Source: Octopus bimaculoides (taxonomy: Eukaryota). Taken from it: DNA of 46,156 nucleotides. The notes beneath the pieces were generated by a model. The model saw nothing but the letters and a program-made list of their open reading frames with translations. It did not search any database and was not told where the DNA came from. The translations under genes were made by a program, and so were the position numbers. This document shows positions 45,817 through 46,156 of the stretch, piece after piece. Numbering within the stretch: position 1 is the stretch's first letter; each line of letters starts with the position of its first letter. Where the stretch lies: positions 43,005,290-43,051,445 of the forward strand of contig NC_068998.1 in the NCBI RefSeq assembly GCF_001194135.2, in the 5' to 3' direction.

Positions 45817-46156
45817 GTTCAGTAGTTTTATTTTTATAACGTGCTTTCACTTCAATACCGAGCGCAGTTCTGTGCGCCTTGGGTATGTGGTGTGGTTTGC
45901 TGTGGTGCTCTTATGGTTAACTGTATTGAAAGTGTTTTGCGTAGGACGTGTGCAGTGCCCAGTAGTGCAATTTTCTGTATGTCATATATATTTCTAAGTC
46001 CTGGTGTTTTTGTTATGTATTTGTCTGAATATTTTTTTATTATACCTAAGGCACCTACTATGATAGGAATTGTTTCTGTTTTTAGATTCCACATCCGAGT
46101 TACCTCTATTTCCAGGTCTTTGTATTTTGAAAGTTTTTCCATTTCTTTTAAGGAAA
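45817..46156 (-). mobile_element. 3' part of R4/Dong-like RLE LINE, subfamily 2 (continues beyond the window)
   Basis: MEKLSKYKDLEIEVTRMWNLKTETIPIIVGALGIIKKYSDKYITKTPGLRNIYDIQKIALLGTAHVLRKTLSIQ; a 1-nt insertion at about 45920 removes the stop seen in the 5539 copy. Confidence 0.9.

Overview
Eukaryotic, very AT-rich, repeat-saturated genomic DNA with six assembly gaps. It is most likely intronic or intergenic DNA of an octopus; this is inferred from the tRNA-derived SINE families and the extreme microsatellite load, not from a database search. There is no intact long coding sequence, and nearly every entry in the ORF track is a translated microsatellite or N-run. Recognisable content: at least five SINE/retroposon families (labelled A-F here, about 35 copies or fragments), four 3'-terminal fragments of restriction-like-endonuclease (R4/Dong-type) LINEs, three of them sitting between triplet tracts, RTE-clade LINE fragments, a mariner-derived MITE, and a few weak candidate exons. 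The most interesting signal is a set of seven hammerhead-ribozyme-like motifs (CUGANGA...GAAA...UH cores with short, mostly palindromic stem III) from about five unrelated short repeat families. They include a divergent inverted pair (24279-24476) and two copies that share a non-canonical CUGUUGA core (25750, 45490), resembling the minimal dimer-forming hammerheads of Penelope-like elements. Also notable: two long near-perfect hairpins in elements embedded in (TA)n, a SINE flanked by a 103-bp duplication, and a 1.2-kb foldback. All ribozyme and exon calls were made by eye and are untested.
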